Below are positions 10,501 through 19,777 of a stretch of DNA of 64,000 nucleotides, one piece after another. How positions within the stretch are numbered: the stretch's first letter is position 1; every line of letters begins with the position of its first letter. The notes below the pieces were generated by a model. It ran no database searches. It worked only from the letters and a program-made list of their open reading frames with translations, and was not told the origin of the DNA. The stretch lies in the NCBI GenBank assembly GCA_003707115.1, contig PPNB01000014.1:1-64000 (forward strand). Reading direction: 5' to 3'. Made by a program: the position numbers and the translations under genes. This DNA is from Tortispora ganteri (lineage: Eukaryota).

Positions 10501-11444
10501 TTGTCTCTATTTTCCCGAATATCAGAGAGGAAATGGATATGGAAAGGAATGAACTGGCATCTGAATCTTACACTCTAAGTGAAGATGTGGATCTGGATTC
10601 CGATTTTCCTAGTGTTGCGAGAATTGCTGAACAGCCTGACGACCTTCTATCTTTAACATCATCTATAGGTTCTGTAGATTTGAACAAAAACATATGGAAA
10701 CCGGATGAAGCAGTTCTGGATGAAGATGGAGACAGGTCTGGGTTATTTAGAGACCACAATGACGGGTGTAGTAGTTTGGCTGATGATAGCTCCATGATAT
10801 TTGATATGGATGAGGATAGTATGACTTGCAAAGGCGAGATTTCAACACCTTCGACTCGTGAGTATTCGATGTCTGGAATAACACTGGTAAGCAGTTCCAG
10901 GTCTTATGAATTGGGAATGTCACCACTGCTTGGTAAAGATGAACCTACACTGGGTGAACTTCATTCAACACCTAAACCTCAAGAGACACCAATAATTGTT
11001 TCTGGCTCGCGGAGATTTAAGAAGCCTTCACAGAAGCAGCGAAGAGAACAGATGAAGAAGGAACATGATGAGAGGAAACGATTGCAACAAAATAATAATG
11101 TTGCACCGTGGGCATTATCAAATCGATTTGTAGGATCACCAGCGCTTGATATTTCAGCCGAGATCATTAGTGGAGGCCGAAGAACGTCGAGACCTATGGT
11201 TGAGATGGAATCTAGCCCGTGGAATATGAGCTCGTACTCTGACGCCGTTTTACATTCTGATCGCCCCAGTATGGATAATATTTTGGCTGAAGAAGAGAGT
11301 GAAGCTGCTAAATTTGAGAAATGGTTTGAAAAAGAAAGTAAGCGGCTCCAGGAAGAGGAAAGACAGCGCGCTCTGAATGAAAACCATAGACCACGAGGAC
11401 GCAGAGAGAGTGGGAGGAGCGAACGTAACATTCGGTTAAAGTAG
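7599..11444 (+). CDS. btb1: Ankyrin + RCC1 + BTB/POZ protein (btb1/IBTK-like Cul3 adaptor)
   Basis: ANK repeats (GRSLLHIA, ESGWTALHRALYAG), RCC1 repeats (VYTFGAN..LG, GRLGLG, WGLNSNGQLG), BTB-like regions and a charged C-terminus. Confidence 0.85.
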   Translation: MVQSLFTYYYANDTKKIQEILSAATTSKRDLRDIVNKKDQRGRSLLHIASSEGRLDIVKLLLSCKHTNILASDAESGWTALHRALYAGHIDIAQTLIAHSPSIIKQKDKEGLSPSELYNLSIPGTAPLTSIQQFPVGSDVYTFGANMNANLGVADSDDRSFPERVSLHRNLDQNIPAVEKFIGHKIKVVRMSKLHSAILTTDTGNNLFVCGIGSSGRLGLGSLANASLTYIQSQFTQVPLQDVATVALGRDHTVATTTSGHCYTWGLNSNGQLGYPISHCFSSSLSPSSASATSTTSFNPSPRRVTGALKKVTIKGAAASSIHTMAFSDDCELFAWGTNIGQMGFKSTDHGLQGPIEHLPRKVHTFKSNISSLSVSDRCSLCLLDNGEAWVFYDYSYHRVLLPGPLSDTESNNITIFRPKFLYSTAPIVKIAVSGSYIALLDSNGDIYAACVSNASRLHLKSIQATKIWAHRREHLKAQAIDIAKDGSVILCTLSGAVWKSSKCVYNVLNNSKRIPKYMRVNGISRAVSVACSAAFTSFAVVVSESKPLPIFSPTRTLQSELLSSYYRTWDLSFPTPDIEYLKELIIQDPSALGHKIDGTESGHSSLSLTHDSLADFAQSYASFLLNKCCLSTKVCDNFDSDLTLKSECSTLFEIPINRFILSLWSEPLKLIFANNERLTTDSIDFIPSEMKSILILRFSPQSLCILAFFVHSGLVPPVFRRDRPEAGSQQLVQCKKELTLMAELFDIPELTQGIQRADFSSLPSKLQSICPTAVDIPEFCDVTILLKDYSIACNSLIMGARSSFFSTVISQSWNGNKRKMIDLSHILWSSFKPVLMHIYGYTDIPLMLRDVTARNLKELIVSIFDIISVASELLLFPLSQSLQAFLLKYLSLRYALYMLIYADYYHAYALKKSLLIYISQNTEALLLNEKSGNLSDLDIWDELHDTIVEQQRIAFPLSRGTEVFAHIVSIFPNIREEMDMERNELASESYTLSEDVDLDSDFPSVARIAEQPDDLLSLTSSIGSVDLNKNIWKPDEAVLDEDGDRSGLFRDHNDGCSSLADDSSMIFDMDEDSMTCKGEISTPSTREYSMSGITLVSSSRSYELGMSPLLGKDEPTLGELHSTPKPQETPIIVSGSRRFKKPSQKQRREQMKKEHDERKRLQQNNNVAPWALSNRFVGSPALDISAEIISGGRRTSRPMVEMESSPWNMSSYSDAVLHSDRPSMDNILAEEESEAAKFEKWFEKESKRLQEEERQRALNENHRPRGRRESGRSERNIRLK

Positions 11445-11470
11445 GGAATTTCTTATTTCTAGCATATAAA

Positions 11471-12430
11471 CTAATTAGCAAGATCATAGTGACCAGGGTG
11501 CAGAAATTGAATATCCTGGTATACGTTGCGATCGACACCGTGCTGACCAGTGGATAGAGCCAAGCGCATGGATCCGCGAAGAGTCTTGCCGAATCGGTGA
11601 TTGATAATATCATGCTCGAGGTTATTCAGTATAGACACGATGACTCTATTGGCATTTTCTGAGTTGGCTTTAAGATTGCTGACGACCATTTCAACTGTTA
11701 CGGCTTCCTCCTCTTCTCGCCATGCATCGTAGTCCGTGGACATACATACCATTTGGTATGCGATTTCAGCCTCTTTTGCAAGCTTTGACTCTGGCAGACA
11801 AGACATGTTTATAACGTGTCCACCCCATGATCTGTAAAGGTTAGATTCTGCACGCGTTGAAAAAGCTGGGCCCTCCATGCAAATGAGAGTTACGTCTGAG
11901 AAGCCGTTGGCCTTTTCTGTCTCGCGGGTGTGAAGCAACACATTATCGCCCTGCAAGGCTGAGCTTACGTGATGAGCAATTGCAGCTGCGAGCTCATCAT
12001 CAAACGGGTTACCAAAACCTACATGCGCGACAAACCCGGCTTTGAAAAAGCTGGAGGTTCTAATACCCTTGGTGCGATCAATGACCTGATTCGGAATAAC
12101 GAAATCGCGTGGCTTAATGTTATTGCGTAGAGAACCTACCGCAGAGAAGGCAATTATTGTCTCTACGCCTATATGTTTCAGTGCAGCAATGTTCGCCTGA
12201 TAGGGCACATCCGATGGAGAATACTGGTGATGAACGCCATGTCTAGATAGAAAAGCGACAGGCATGCCAGAAGGCGTTCGTGAAATGATGATAGGCGAAG
12301 AAGGTGAACCCCATGGCGTCTGAATAACAAGTTTCGCTACAGGTACAAGACCATCAAGATGGTACAGGCCAGTACCGCCAATGATTCCAAGAAAAACCGG
12401 TTCAGGAAACGTGGTTGGAAGATTCTGCAT
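11471..12430 (-). CDS. MEU1: S-methyl-5'-thioadenosine phosphorylase
   Basis: GIIGGTG, RHG..H, MEGPAFSTRAES and TDYDAW motifs. Confidence 0.95.
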   Translation of the reverse strand: MQNLPTTFPEPVFLGIIGGTGLYHLDGLVPVAKLVIQTPWGSPSSPIIISRTPSGMPVAFLSRHGVHHQYSPSDVPYQANIAALKHIGVETIIAFSAVGSLRNNIKPRDFVIPNQVIDRTKGIRTSSFFKAGFVAHVGFGNPFDDELAAAIAHHVSSALQGDNVLLHTRETEKANGFSDVTLICMEGPAFSTRAESNLYRSWGGHVINMSCLPESKLAKEAEIAYQMVCMSTDYDAWREEEEAVTVEMVVSNLKANSENANRVIVSILNNLEHDIINHRFGKTLRGSMRLALSTGQHGVDRNVYQDIQFLHPGHYDLAN

Positions 12431-12636
12431 GTCGAAGGTTAAAGTTAGTAAAAACTAGAATCGAGCTAAAAAGAGCTGAGGCCGAAAAAGACAAAAGGGT
12501 TGATGATGAAAACTGAAACTAAAAAACTACGGTGGATCGACTAAAGAATATAGAATAATTGAATTCTAGCACAGCAATTGTTTGGTATATCATAAGCACG
12601 TGCATGAGCTGAGAGTGCGGGCAGCCAGCTTACTTA

Positions 12637-13464
12637 TTACTTCTTCTCTTCTTTGTGTTCCTCCGGGTCAGGCTGTGGAGTGGGGAACTTGAACGTTTCA
12701 GGAGTATCGTCGCGACCAGGACCAACAGGTTCCCATGCGGTGGAACCAGCACTGAAGTTGCGGAAGGCTTGAGTCATTTGAACGGGTTCATAAAGAATGC
12801 GCCGTTTGTCTTCGTCGTATCGAAGTTCAACGTAGCCGTGAATAGGGAAGTCTTTTCTCAGGGGGTGACCTTCAAAGCCATAGTCGGTCATAATGCGACG
12901 TAAATCTGGATGGTTAACAAACAGAACACCAAACATATCATAAGTCTCCCTTTCGTACCAGTTTGCACCCTCGAAGATCTCGCAAACAGAGGGCACAGGT
13001 GATGACTCAGACGCGTACGTCTTCACGCGGATACGTGAGTTGTGGCGCACTGACAGTAAATTGTAAACCACTTCAAAACGAAACTGCCGGCCTGGATAAT
13101 CTACACCCGTGATATCCATAACGGTAGTGAACTGTGTAGATGCATGATCGCGCAAAAAGTACATCAATGGTATTATACCTGCGGGAGGAACGTATAGCGT
13201 GAGCTCATCCTTCCACACAGAGAAAGATTGAATAAACTTGGGCATCATTGACATCAAATATCTTCCATATGCATGTCGCTCTTCAGCTTGATCAACAAAT
13301 CTGTCAGCTGAATTAATAATAGGTTCGTTAACGACTGCAGGCTCTTCTCTGGGTAGGCTACGCAGATCCTTGAGTTCATAATGTACCCTAGAACATGTTC
13401 GGAATCCCGCAGTGGATCGAAATAGTGCCGGAGCTTTAGCTCCTCTAATTGCTCGGCGCAGCAT
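12637..13464 (-). CDS. NDUFS3: NADH:ubiquinone oxidoreductase 30 kDa subunit (complex I, NUGM)
   Basis: [38 protein letters not shown] signature plus a mitochondrial presequence. Confidence 0.97.
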   Translation of the reverse strand: MLRRAIRGAKAPALFRSTAGFRTCSRVHYELKDLRSLPREEPAVVNEPIINSADRFVDQAEERHAYGRYLMSMMPKFIQSFSVWKDELTLYVPPAGIIPLMYFLRDHASTQFTTVMDITGVDYPGRQFRFEVVYNLLSVRHNSRIRVKTYASESSPVPSVCEIFEGANWYERETYDMFGVLFVNHPDLRRIMTDYGFEGHPLRKDFPIHGYVELRYDEDKRRILYEPVQMTQAFRNFSAGSTAWEPVGPGRDDTPETFKFPTPQPDPEEHKEEKK

Positions 13465-13532
13465 TATCGTCTATTCTTTGTCTGGTCGATGCAGAAGATT
13501 AGCACTTGGTAGGTGTGTAAACTGGGATTCAC

Positions 13533-13540
13533 TGATTGGT
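13533..13540. promoter_or_regulatory. CCAAT (Hap complex) box upstream of NDUFS3
   Basis: TGATTGGT about 70 bp upstream of the ATG of a respiratory gene. Confidence 0.4.
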
Positions 13541-14245
13541 CCGGCAATAACTAGGGTTGATAGGGCAAATAGCATGTCCAAATTTACGCGATTCTACATA
13601 CTGCCTATGTAAGTATTAGTATCATTGCTTCACTCTTTTATTAGCATTATTCAGAGTGATCCTCGAGTTTTTGTGTGCTGTTGTTTGTGGCTCCATAGGT
13701 TTTCACATGGCGATATCGAGTACCCGGACTATTACGTCCAGAGTACGCACGTTCTATAGCACTGCGCGACGATTACTTCTTACCACCGTCTCTAATAACA
13801 CATCATATGGTATATACACATCACTAATAGAGAATATATTATATAGCTACTATTATTTCATACCCGCGAAGTTATACACATTTCTGGAGCATATATCCTC
13901 ACGTGTACTAGTCAATTATCCCTAAAACAGCCAAATAGCCAACGTTGTCATAACAACTTGAATTGTGCGATATAATTGGACGGTTTGTCCAGCCGACTCT
14001 CTTATATATACAGGGCCTAAAGAACGGCGAGACTTTTACTTCAAAGAACACGACCTGTTGATCTGTTTGTATTCTCGCAAGGACCTTCTGAATTCGATTT
14101 TAAGTGATTTTCGTGTGCATATAGAAGCGATTTAGTTAGTTATATTGATTTCCTTTCGGGTTTGTGTTGTGTCAGTGGAGAAACCCAAAGGGCGCGAAAT
14201 TATACTGAAAAAAGTGATACCGATCCAGTTCAAATTTGTTGAATA

Positions 14246-15535
14246 ATGACCAAATCAGATGAGTTTTCGTCATCTTGTGACGAAGACGTAGAGCAATGTC
14301 CGCTTTGTATTGAAGACATGGATTTGTCGGACAAACGGTTTAAACCGTGTCCATGTGGCTACCAAATATGTCAGTTCTGCTATAACACCATTCGACGTAA
14401 TTCGGAGCAAGACGCTAAATGTCCAAATTGTCGCCGACCATACGACGATGAAAGTGTCGAGTTTAAAGCACTGACTCCAGAAGAGCTGAAAGCTGATATG
14501 CAGAAAGCCAAGAAGGACAAAGAAAGAAAAAACAAGGAAAAGGAGAAAAAGGAAGTTGAACAAGCCCAGCGTAAGCATCTTGCTGGCATGCGTGTCATAC
14601 AAAAGAATCTGGTATACGTTATAGGATTCAATCCGAAAATACCAGACGAGGAACTGCAAACCACACTCTCTGGCGATCAATTTTTTGGTCAGTATGGAAA
14701 GATCCAGAAGTTAGTAGTCAGCCGTCGAAATGGCGGAGGAATCGGTGTGTATGTGACTTACCAGCGCAAAGAAGATGCAGCTCGCTGTATAGCCGCAGTT
14801 GATGGCACGATCAATGACAACAAGATTCTTAGAGCTGCTTACGGTACAACGAAGTACTGCTCTTACTATCTGCGAGGTCAAACGTGTCCCAATCCGAATT
14901 GCATGTTCCTACACCAGCCAGGAGAAGAAGCAGATTCCTACACTCGACAAGATCTTTCGACTATGCAGCATTCGGCCAAGCAAGGGTACTCAGGGGCGTC
15001 AGGAACAGTGGCACCTCCAAGTGTATCTGGATCGCCTTCTGCCAAACCTGCTGTTGTGAACGGTACTACTGTGTCGAAATCTAATGTATCTTCTCGTTCT
15101 GCTTCTGTAAATCTTGATAACAGACGTTCTGTTACACCAGAAGCTTCTGCATCGCCCACTGCACCTTGGGCCAAACCTGCTGCAGTGATATCTCAGATTG
15201 CTGCACCGATTAGCGCGCAAACATCGCGTGCATCAACTCCACAGGCCGTTAAGCAATCTTCAAATCTGACATCTCACATTCAGCCGATCTCTCAATCACA
15301 TATGTATTCTTATTTAGCCAACACTGACCTGTATCAGTCGTTGGACAAAACAATGGAATTTCTGGCTGCGCAATCGAATGTTAAAAATTTTAAGATAAAA
15401 ATATCTAGCTCTGCTTTATCAGAACTGGACATGAAACAAGCTCGATCTATGCCGCCGCTCTTCTCATTCTCGAAACCAGATAAATCGATCGCGACTAATC
15501 GTGCTCCACCACCAGGACTTTCCGGTACAGCATAG
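14246..15535 (+). CDS. NOT4: CCR4-NOT E3 ubiquitin ligase Not4
   Basis: C4C4 RING (CPLC..CPCGYQICQFC..CPNCRR), RVIQKNLVYV RRM, GTTKYC..CPNPNCMFLH zinc finger. Confidence 0.95.
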   Translation: MTKSDEFSSSCDEDVEQCPLCIEDMDLSDKRFKPCPCGYQICQFCYNTIRRNSEQDAKCPNCRRPYDDESVEFKALTPEELKADMQKAKKDKERKNKEKEKKEVEQAQRKHLAGMRVIQKNLVYVIGFNPKIPDEELQTTLSGDQFFGQYGKIQKLVVSRRNGGGIGVYVTYQRKEDAARCIAAVDGTINDNKILRAAYGTTKYCSYYLRGQTCPNPNCMFLHQPGEEADSYTRQDLSTMQHSAKQGYSGASGTVAPPSVSGSPSAKPAVVNGTTVSKSNVSSRSASVNLDNRRSVTPEASASPTAPWAKPAAVISQIAAPISAQTSRASTPQAVKQSSNLTSHIQPISQSHMYSYLANTDLYQSLDKTMEFLAAQSNVKNFKIKISSSALSELDMKQARSMPPLFSFSKPDKSIATNRAPPPGLSGTA

Positions 15536-16048
15536 GGCTCCGCTCGTTCTCATACCTGAATTGTATCATCTTACCACTTGCTTACTATTTAATTCAATTA
15601 GATTACTCTTTTTCTGCCCATTTAGACTGCTGCCTTGCTCATATTACTGGTCACATGTCCATTGTTAATGGACATTTCGGAAATAGCATTAAAACCTTAA
15701 TTACATATCCTCCTTTTTTCGCTTCTTGAACATCTGACTTACTGACGTTACTATCGACATAAGCAGTTCTACTTTACATATTGTCGTGCGGATTGTCTCG
15801 GTTTGTGACAGGTATCCGTTTACTATAATTATTAAGCGATTTGTTTACTTTTGATTGAATCTTAGAATCAGGTATCTTTCCAGTGTTGTTCCTTTGACCT
15901 ACGGGTTTCACCACATTAGTAATATAAGCCGATCGATTGCACCGCCGACTATACGACAATACGGCCATACGACGGTACTCATACCTTCGCATATACCTCC
16001 AATTTTGTTGTGTTAAGGACTTATTACCTCTGAGCTCTTTCCGCGAGA

Positions 16049-17698
16049 ATGTCCTACAATTGTACTATTTTATTTCTAACCGACTACCACACTTCCCTCA
16101 TCCCAGATCGCCTATCTAGTGACAGCATCCCTCCACATTTGCTACAGATAGCGCCACTTAATGCCCTAGTGAAATCATCTGATAACGTTTTTATCCAGTC
16201 CGTTATACCCTCACTCGCTGATATCCTTTCAAGTTTTCCGGACGCACAGTATTTGATATTGGTAGCATATTTCAAAGATCATTCACTAATTAATCAGCTT
16301 TCGAAGTTATCGCGTTCTTTTACATTCGCAAATATTAATTCACTGTCTGTATTGGTATCTAATGAACATTTAACTTCATTGGATGGCCTGCTTCTTCTCA
16401 CCGAATCACAATTCACAGACGACGGCATCCTTAATTTGCTTTTATCAGGTACTTTCAATTCTCAGACAAACGATCAACCTCTATGGATTGGCTTTGATCC
16501 ACAAACTACAGCAACAAAACCCAACAGTAAGATTATCTCTATGTTCATGACTGCAATGCAGTACGATTTGTCCTTCCCTACGATAAATGAGCCCTACCCT
16601 AAATTCAGCGAGTCAGAGATCAATGATCTTTCAGCGCTAATACACTCTTGGGATTTTAAACCATATGAACTTTCTCACACACAGCAAATACATATCTGCT
16701 TTCTTATATTGAGTCATGCTATGAAATGCTCTTCCGTCAAGCCTCTCTCGGACTCGAGTTTGTGGAGCTTTGTCAAGACGGCTGCGAGTTTCTATTCGAA
16801 TGAGAACCCGTACCATAATTTCATACATGCCACAGACGTACTTCAGTGCATGTATTATTTCTTAGTGTCTATTGGAGCACTTGACGGGTTCTTACCTCTG
16901 ACTGGTTCAGACGCAAACCCCGAAAGATGCCCAGTAGACTCTCAAGATTCAATTGGTTATAACTTTGGAGCCAACATTATAGACCCTGACTCCGCCTTTT
17001 CTTTTCTTCTTGCTGCTCTTGGACACGACTTTGGCCATCCAGGACTCACCAATGCTTTTCTTTCGAAGCAAGAAGCTCCTCTAGCAAAAATCTACAGCCA
17101 TAGAAGTATTTTAGAGTCTCTACACGCGGCATCTTTTACCCGCTATATTGCGCAATGTTGGCCTGCTGTTTTTCAGCTAACCAATTCAAGAGAATTGATT
17201 GTAGAATCGATTCTTGCTACTGATATGGGCCGCCATTTTGTTTACTTGTCTAGATTTCGAAACTCATTCCGTAAGTTTCAAGAAGCCGCAGAAATCTCAG
17301 TTTCTGATTTTACAGACAGAAAAGCACTATCAGATCAGCACAGACTTGCTCTGCTGCGAACTTTAGGCTGTATTCTTTTAAAATGTGCAGATATCTCAAA
17401 CGTTACACGCAAGCTAGACATATCGATATATTGGGGTCGAATTCTAGGAAAAGAGTTTAAACGACTTGAAATTTTACAAGGAGAACTCTCAGGAAGCGAT
17501 AATAGCAATCCTGGTCCAGAAACTGGATCTAAGGAGGAAGTTCTGGCGCTGGCTAAGTCACAGTTATTCTTCATAGACACATTCGCCCGTGACCTTTTTA
17601 CAGCACTGAGTGGCACTTTTCCTGAACTTCAACTCACAACTGACATGGTACACTCTCATGGTAATCACTGGCAGTCTGTTACCGAAAGTTCTGGATAA
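16049..17698 (+). CDS. PDE2: Class I (high-affinity) cAMP phosphodiesterase
   Basis: NPYHNFIHATDV, HDFGHPG, ILATDM and KCADISN motifs. Confidence 0.9.
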   Translation: MSYNCTILFLTDYHTSLIPDRLSSDSIPPHLLQIAPLNALVKSSDNVFIQSVIPSLADILSSFPDAQYLILVAYFKDHSLINQLSKLSRSFTFANINSLSVLVSNEHLTSLDGLLLLTESQFTDDGILNLLLSGTFNSQTNDQPLWIGFDPQTTATKPNSKIISMFMTAMQYDLSFPTINEPYPKFSESEINDLSALIHSWDFKPYELSHTQQIHICFLILSHAMKCSSVKPLSDSSLWSFVKTAASFYSNENPYHNFIHATDVLQCMYYFLVSIGALDGFLPLTGSDANPERCPVDSQDSIGYNFGANIIDPDSAFSFLLAALGHDFGHPGLTNAFLSKQEAPLAKIYSHRSILESLHAASFTRYIAQCWPAVFQLTNSRELIVESILATDMGRHFVYLSRFRNSFRKFQEAAEISVSDFTDRKALSDQHRLALLRTLGCILLKCADISNVTRKLDISIYWGRILGKEFKRLEILQGELSGSDNSNPGPETGSKEEVLALAKSQLFFIDTFARDLFTALSGTFPELQLTTDMVHSHGNHWQSVTESSG

Positions 17699-17930
17699 CG
17701 CATTTGATTTGATTCAAAATGATTTTTTTTTTCTTGCTGCTCTTATTGGTTCTAGAACATGTGGTGCATTTGCAGTAAAGCGTTCTTATAGCTTTTCGTG
17801 TCATTGTAGATCATTCTGTTTTCGTCGGGTTAATTTCTTGTAAAATTATGTATCTTTTCATTTATATTAGACTATTATTACAACTAACTAAAATAGCGAA
17901 CCAAACAACATCCAGTGTAGGATTTGGTAC

Positions 17931-19376
17931 TCAGTCTTTTAATTTGCCTGAATCTATGGCCTGTTGAATTTCAGCAAACGCTTTTAACATCTTTCGGCGA
18001 GCGCCGGTTGCGTTAACACCTCGGCTCTCAAGCTCCTCGTCCGTCAATTTAATCATTTGCTTGTAGTTAAGGTCTTTAAGATTTTCTGTGTATTTATGTA
18101 ACCTTTGCGATCGAAGCCATGCTGGTATATCTTTGACAAGGCTGAAATCAGGCTCCCGGTCTTCTGGGGGTTTTGAAGTATTTCGTTTGCGATTAGTGTG
18201 AGGTCGAGGGGATGCAGTGCGTGGTGAAGGATGATAAGGGTTGACTTGCAGGGTATCAGAGGAGGAAGGACGATCCCATGAGGATTGCGGCATTGCTGAC
18301 AGACTTCTTCCAGATGCAGACAAAGGTTGCTTGTCAGCCAAGGGAGAAAAGGGCGTTTTTGGCGCAAATCTGTTTGTTCTCCGTGTTGAGTCACAGTTGT
18401 CGGTAAATCTGGTATTTGGAGTAGGAGAATTAAATGACGCATCGGAAACCTTATAGCCTAACCTGGGGTAGTCCGAATCGAGTGCCAGACGGCTAGTAGC
18501 TGTGGATAGAGCGGCCATTTTAGCAACCGAGTTTTCCAACGGGTCGAAATGGTTAGAGGGCAGATCAGGAAGTGGGGTATTCGTATAGCTAGCCCAATTA
18601 CCAACAAGAGGAGAATAGTCCAGATCGAGACTAGCATATGATAAGGGCGAAGCAGTTGGCGGAGATGTGGAGGCATGTAAAGAAGGCAGGTGTCCATTGT
18701 GTAAAGAGTTCGTAGCGTTCAAATTATGTACAGCACCAATACCACCAGATCCATTATAGGACGATTTGCCGACCGACCAAGCGGCTAGATCAGCAGATCT
18801 GGGTCTAGCGATATCACCAGCTATACTAGACCACGGGGATAAATCTCTGCGATAAGAAGTAAGTGACTCTCTAGATATCGAAGGAATACCGAGGTGCTTA
18901 GGAGTGGCCGTTGAACTCGTGGGGGCGGGTAAGGTATGTGATATCGCAGATGGGTTTGATAATTTGTTACGAGATAGGCCAAAAAGGTTTCTATCTTCGG
19001 TAAAAGGGATATGAGTCTGTTTCTGGTCGCCAAGAAACTTTGACGAAGAGGTATCTGCAGGCGGCTGGCGGGGAGCTGCAGTAGGGACAGTGTTCGGCGA
19101 GTGAGCTTTGATCAATGGCTCGGTGATGTTCCTCGACGGCGAGAGAGAGGAGAGTATGTAGGAGTAAAGTGCAGCCTGGTCATCTGACGAGTGTGAAAGA
19201 AGGGTTTTTATTGTTGCAATTTTTTCTGAATCGGAAAGGACCAAAAACCATTGTTCTGCAGCGGACAGTTCATCGCAAAAATTGAAGTCTTGGAGAGTTT
19301 TTAAAGCGGAATCCAGCGCTATTTGGTGCTCAAAAGAGCTATTTCCAGCCGATCCCGCGGCAGATAATTCGGACAT
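17931..19376 (-). CDS. VTS1: SAM-domain RNA-binding protein (Smaug homolog)
   Basis: C-terminal DIPAWLRSQRLHKYT...GARRKMLK SAM domain; N-terminal EQWF.VLS..E motif; RPRSAD. Confidence 0.92.
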   Translation of the reverse strand: MSELSAAGSAGNSSFEHQIALDSALKTLQDFNFCDELSAAEQWFLVLSDSEKIATIKTLLSHSSDDQAALYSYILSSLSPSRNITEPLIKAHSPNTVPTAAPRQPPADTSSSKFLGDQKQTHIPFTEDRNLFGLSRNKLSNPSAISHTLPAPTSSTATPKHLGIPSISRESLTSYRRDLSPWSSIAGDIARPRSADLAAWSVGKSSYNGSGGIGAVHNLNATNSLHNGHLPSLHASTSPPTASPLSYASLDLDYSPLVGNWASYTNTPLPDLPSNHFDPLENSVAKMAALSTATSRLALDSDYPRLGYKVSDASFNSPTPNTRFTDNCDSTRRTNRFAPKTPFSPLADKQPLSASGRSLSAMPQSSWDRPSSSDTLQVNPYHPSPRTASPRPHTNRKRNTSKPPEDREPDFSLVKDIPAWLRSQRLHKYTENLKDLNYKQMIKLTDEELESRGVNATGARRKMLKAFAEIQQAIDSGKLKD

Positions 19377-19777
19377 TTTTCGAAATGACTAGGAGAAGCT
19401 GATCTCGCTAAGGTTAGATGTTGTAGCGCGAGAAACAGAAAGGTTAAAGGTAGGTGAAAAAGGCTGCACCTGGTTGTTGGTGGGGAGGAGTAGGAGCAGG
19501 AGGAAGAGACAGGGGGTGGGTGGTACCGGTTAGGTAGCGATCTAGAAGCATTAATATCTGAATGGGAAATAAAGTTTGAGCAAGAACCTGCTAAACAATG
19601 AGTATATCAATTAATAATACGAAAAGGAAATGTACAATATATTAAAAATTATATAATGATTCTATTTAAGGAAATTCGATATGAGTGCGGGGGCATTGAG
19701 TTGACATTTTGCCGTAGTTGTTGATCGGTCGGGTAGATGGCCTCGACCTGGAAAGTGACTAACACCTTAGTCTAATT

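Noticed and set aside
15655..15675. Perfect 9-bp inverted repeat ATGTCCATT-GTT-AATGGACAT upstream of PDE2
   Set aside because: A single short hairpin, plausible by chance, with no supporting context.
14246..19376. NOT4-PDE2-VTS1 as an mRNA decay cluster
   Set aside because: Adjacency of housekeeping genes in a dense genome; no shared motif seen.
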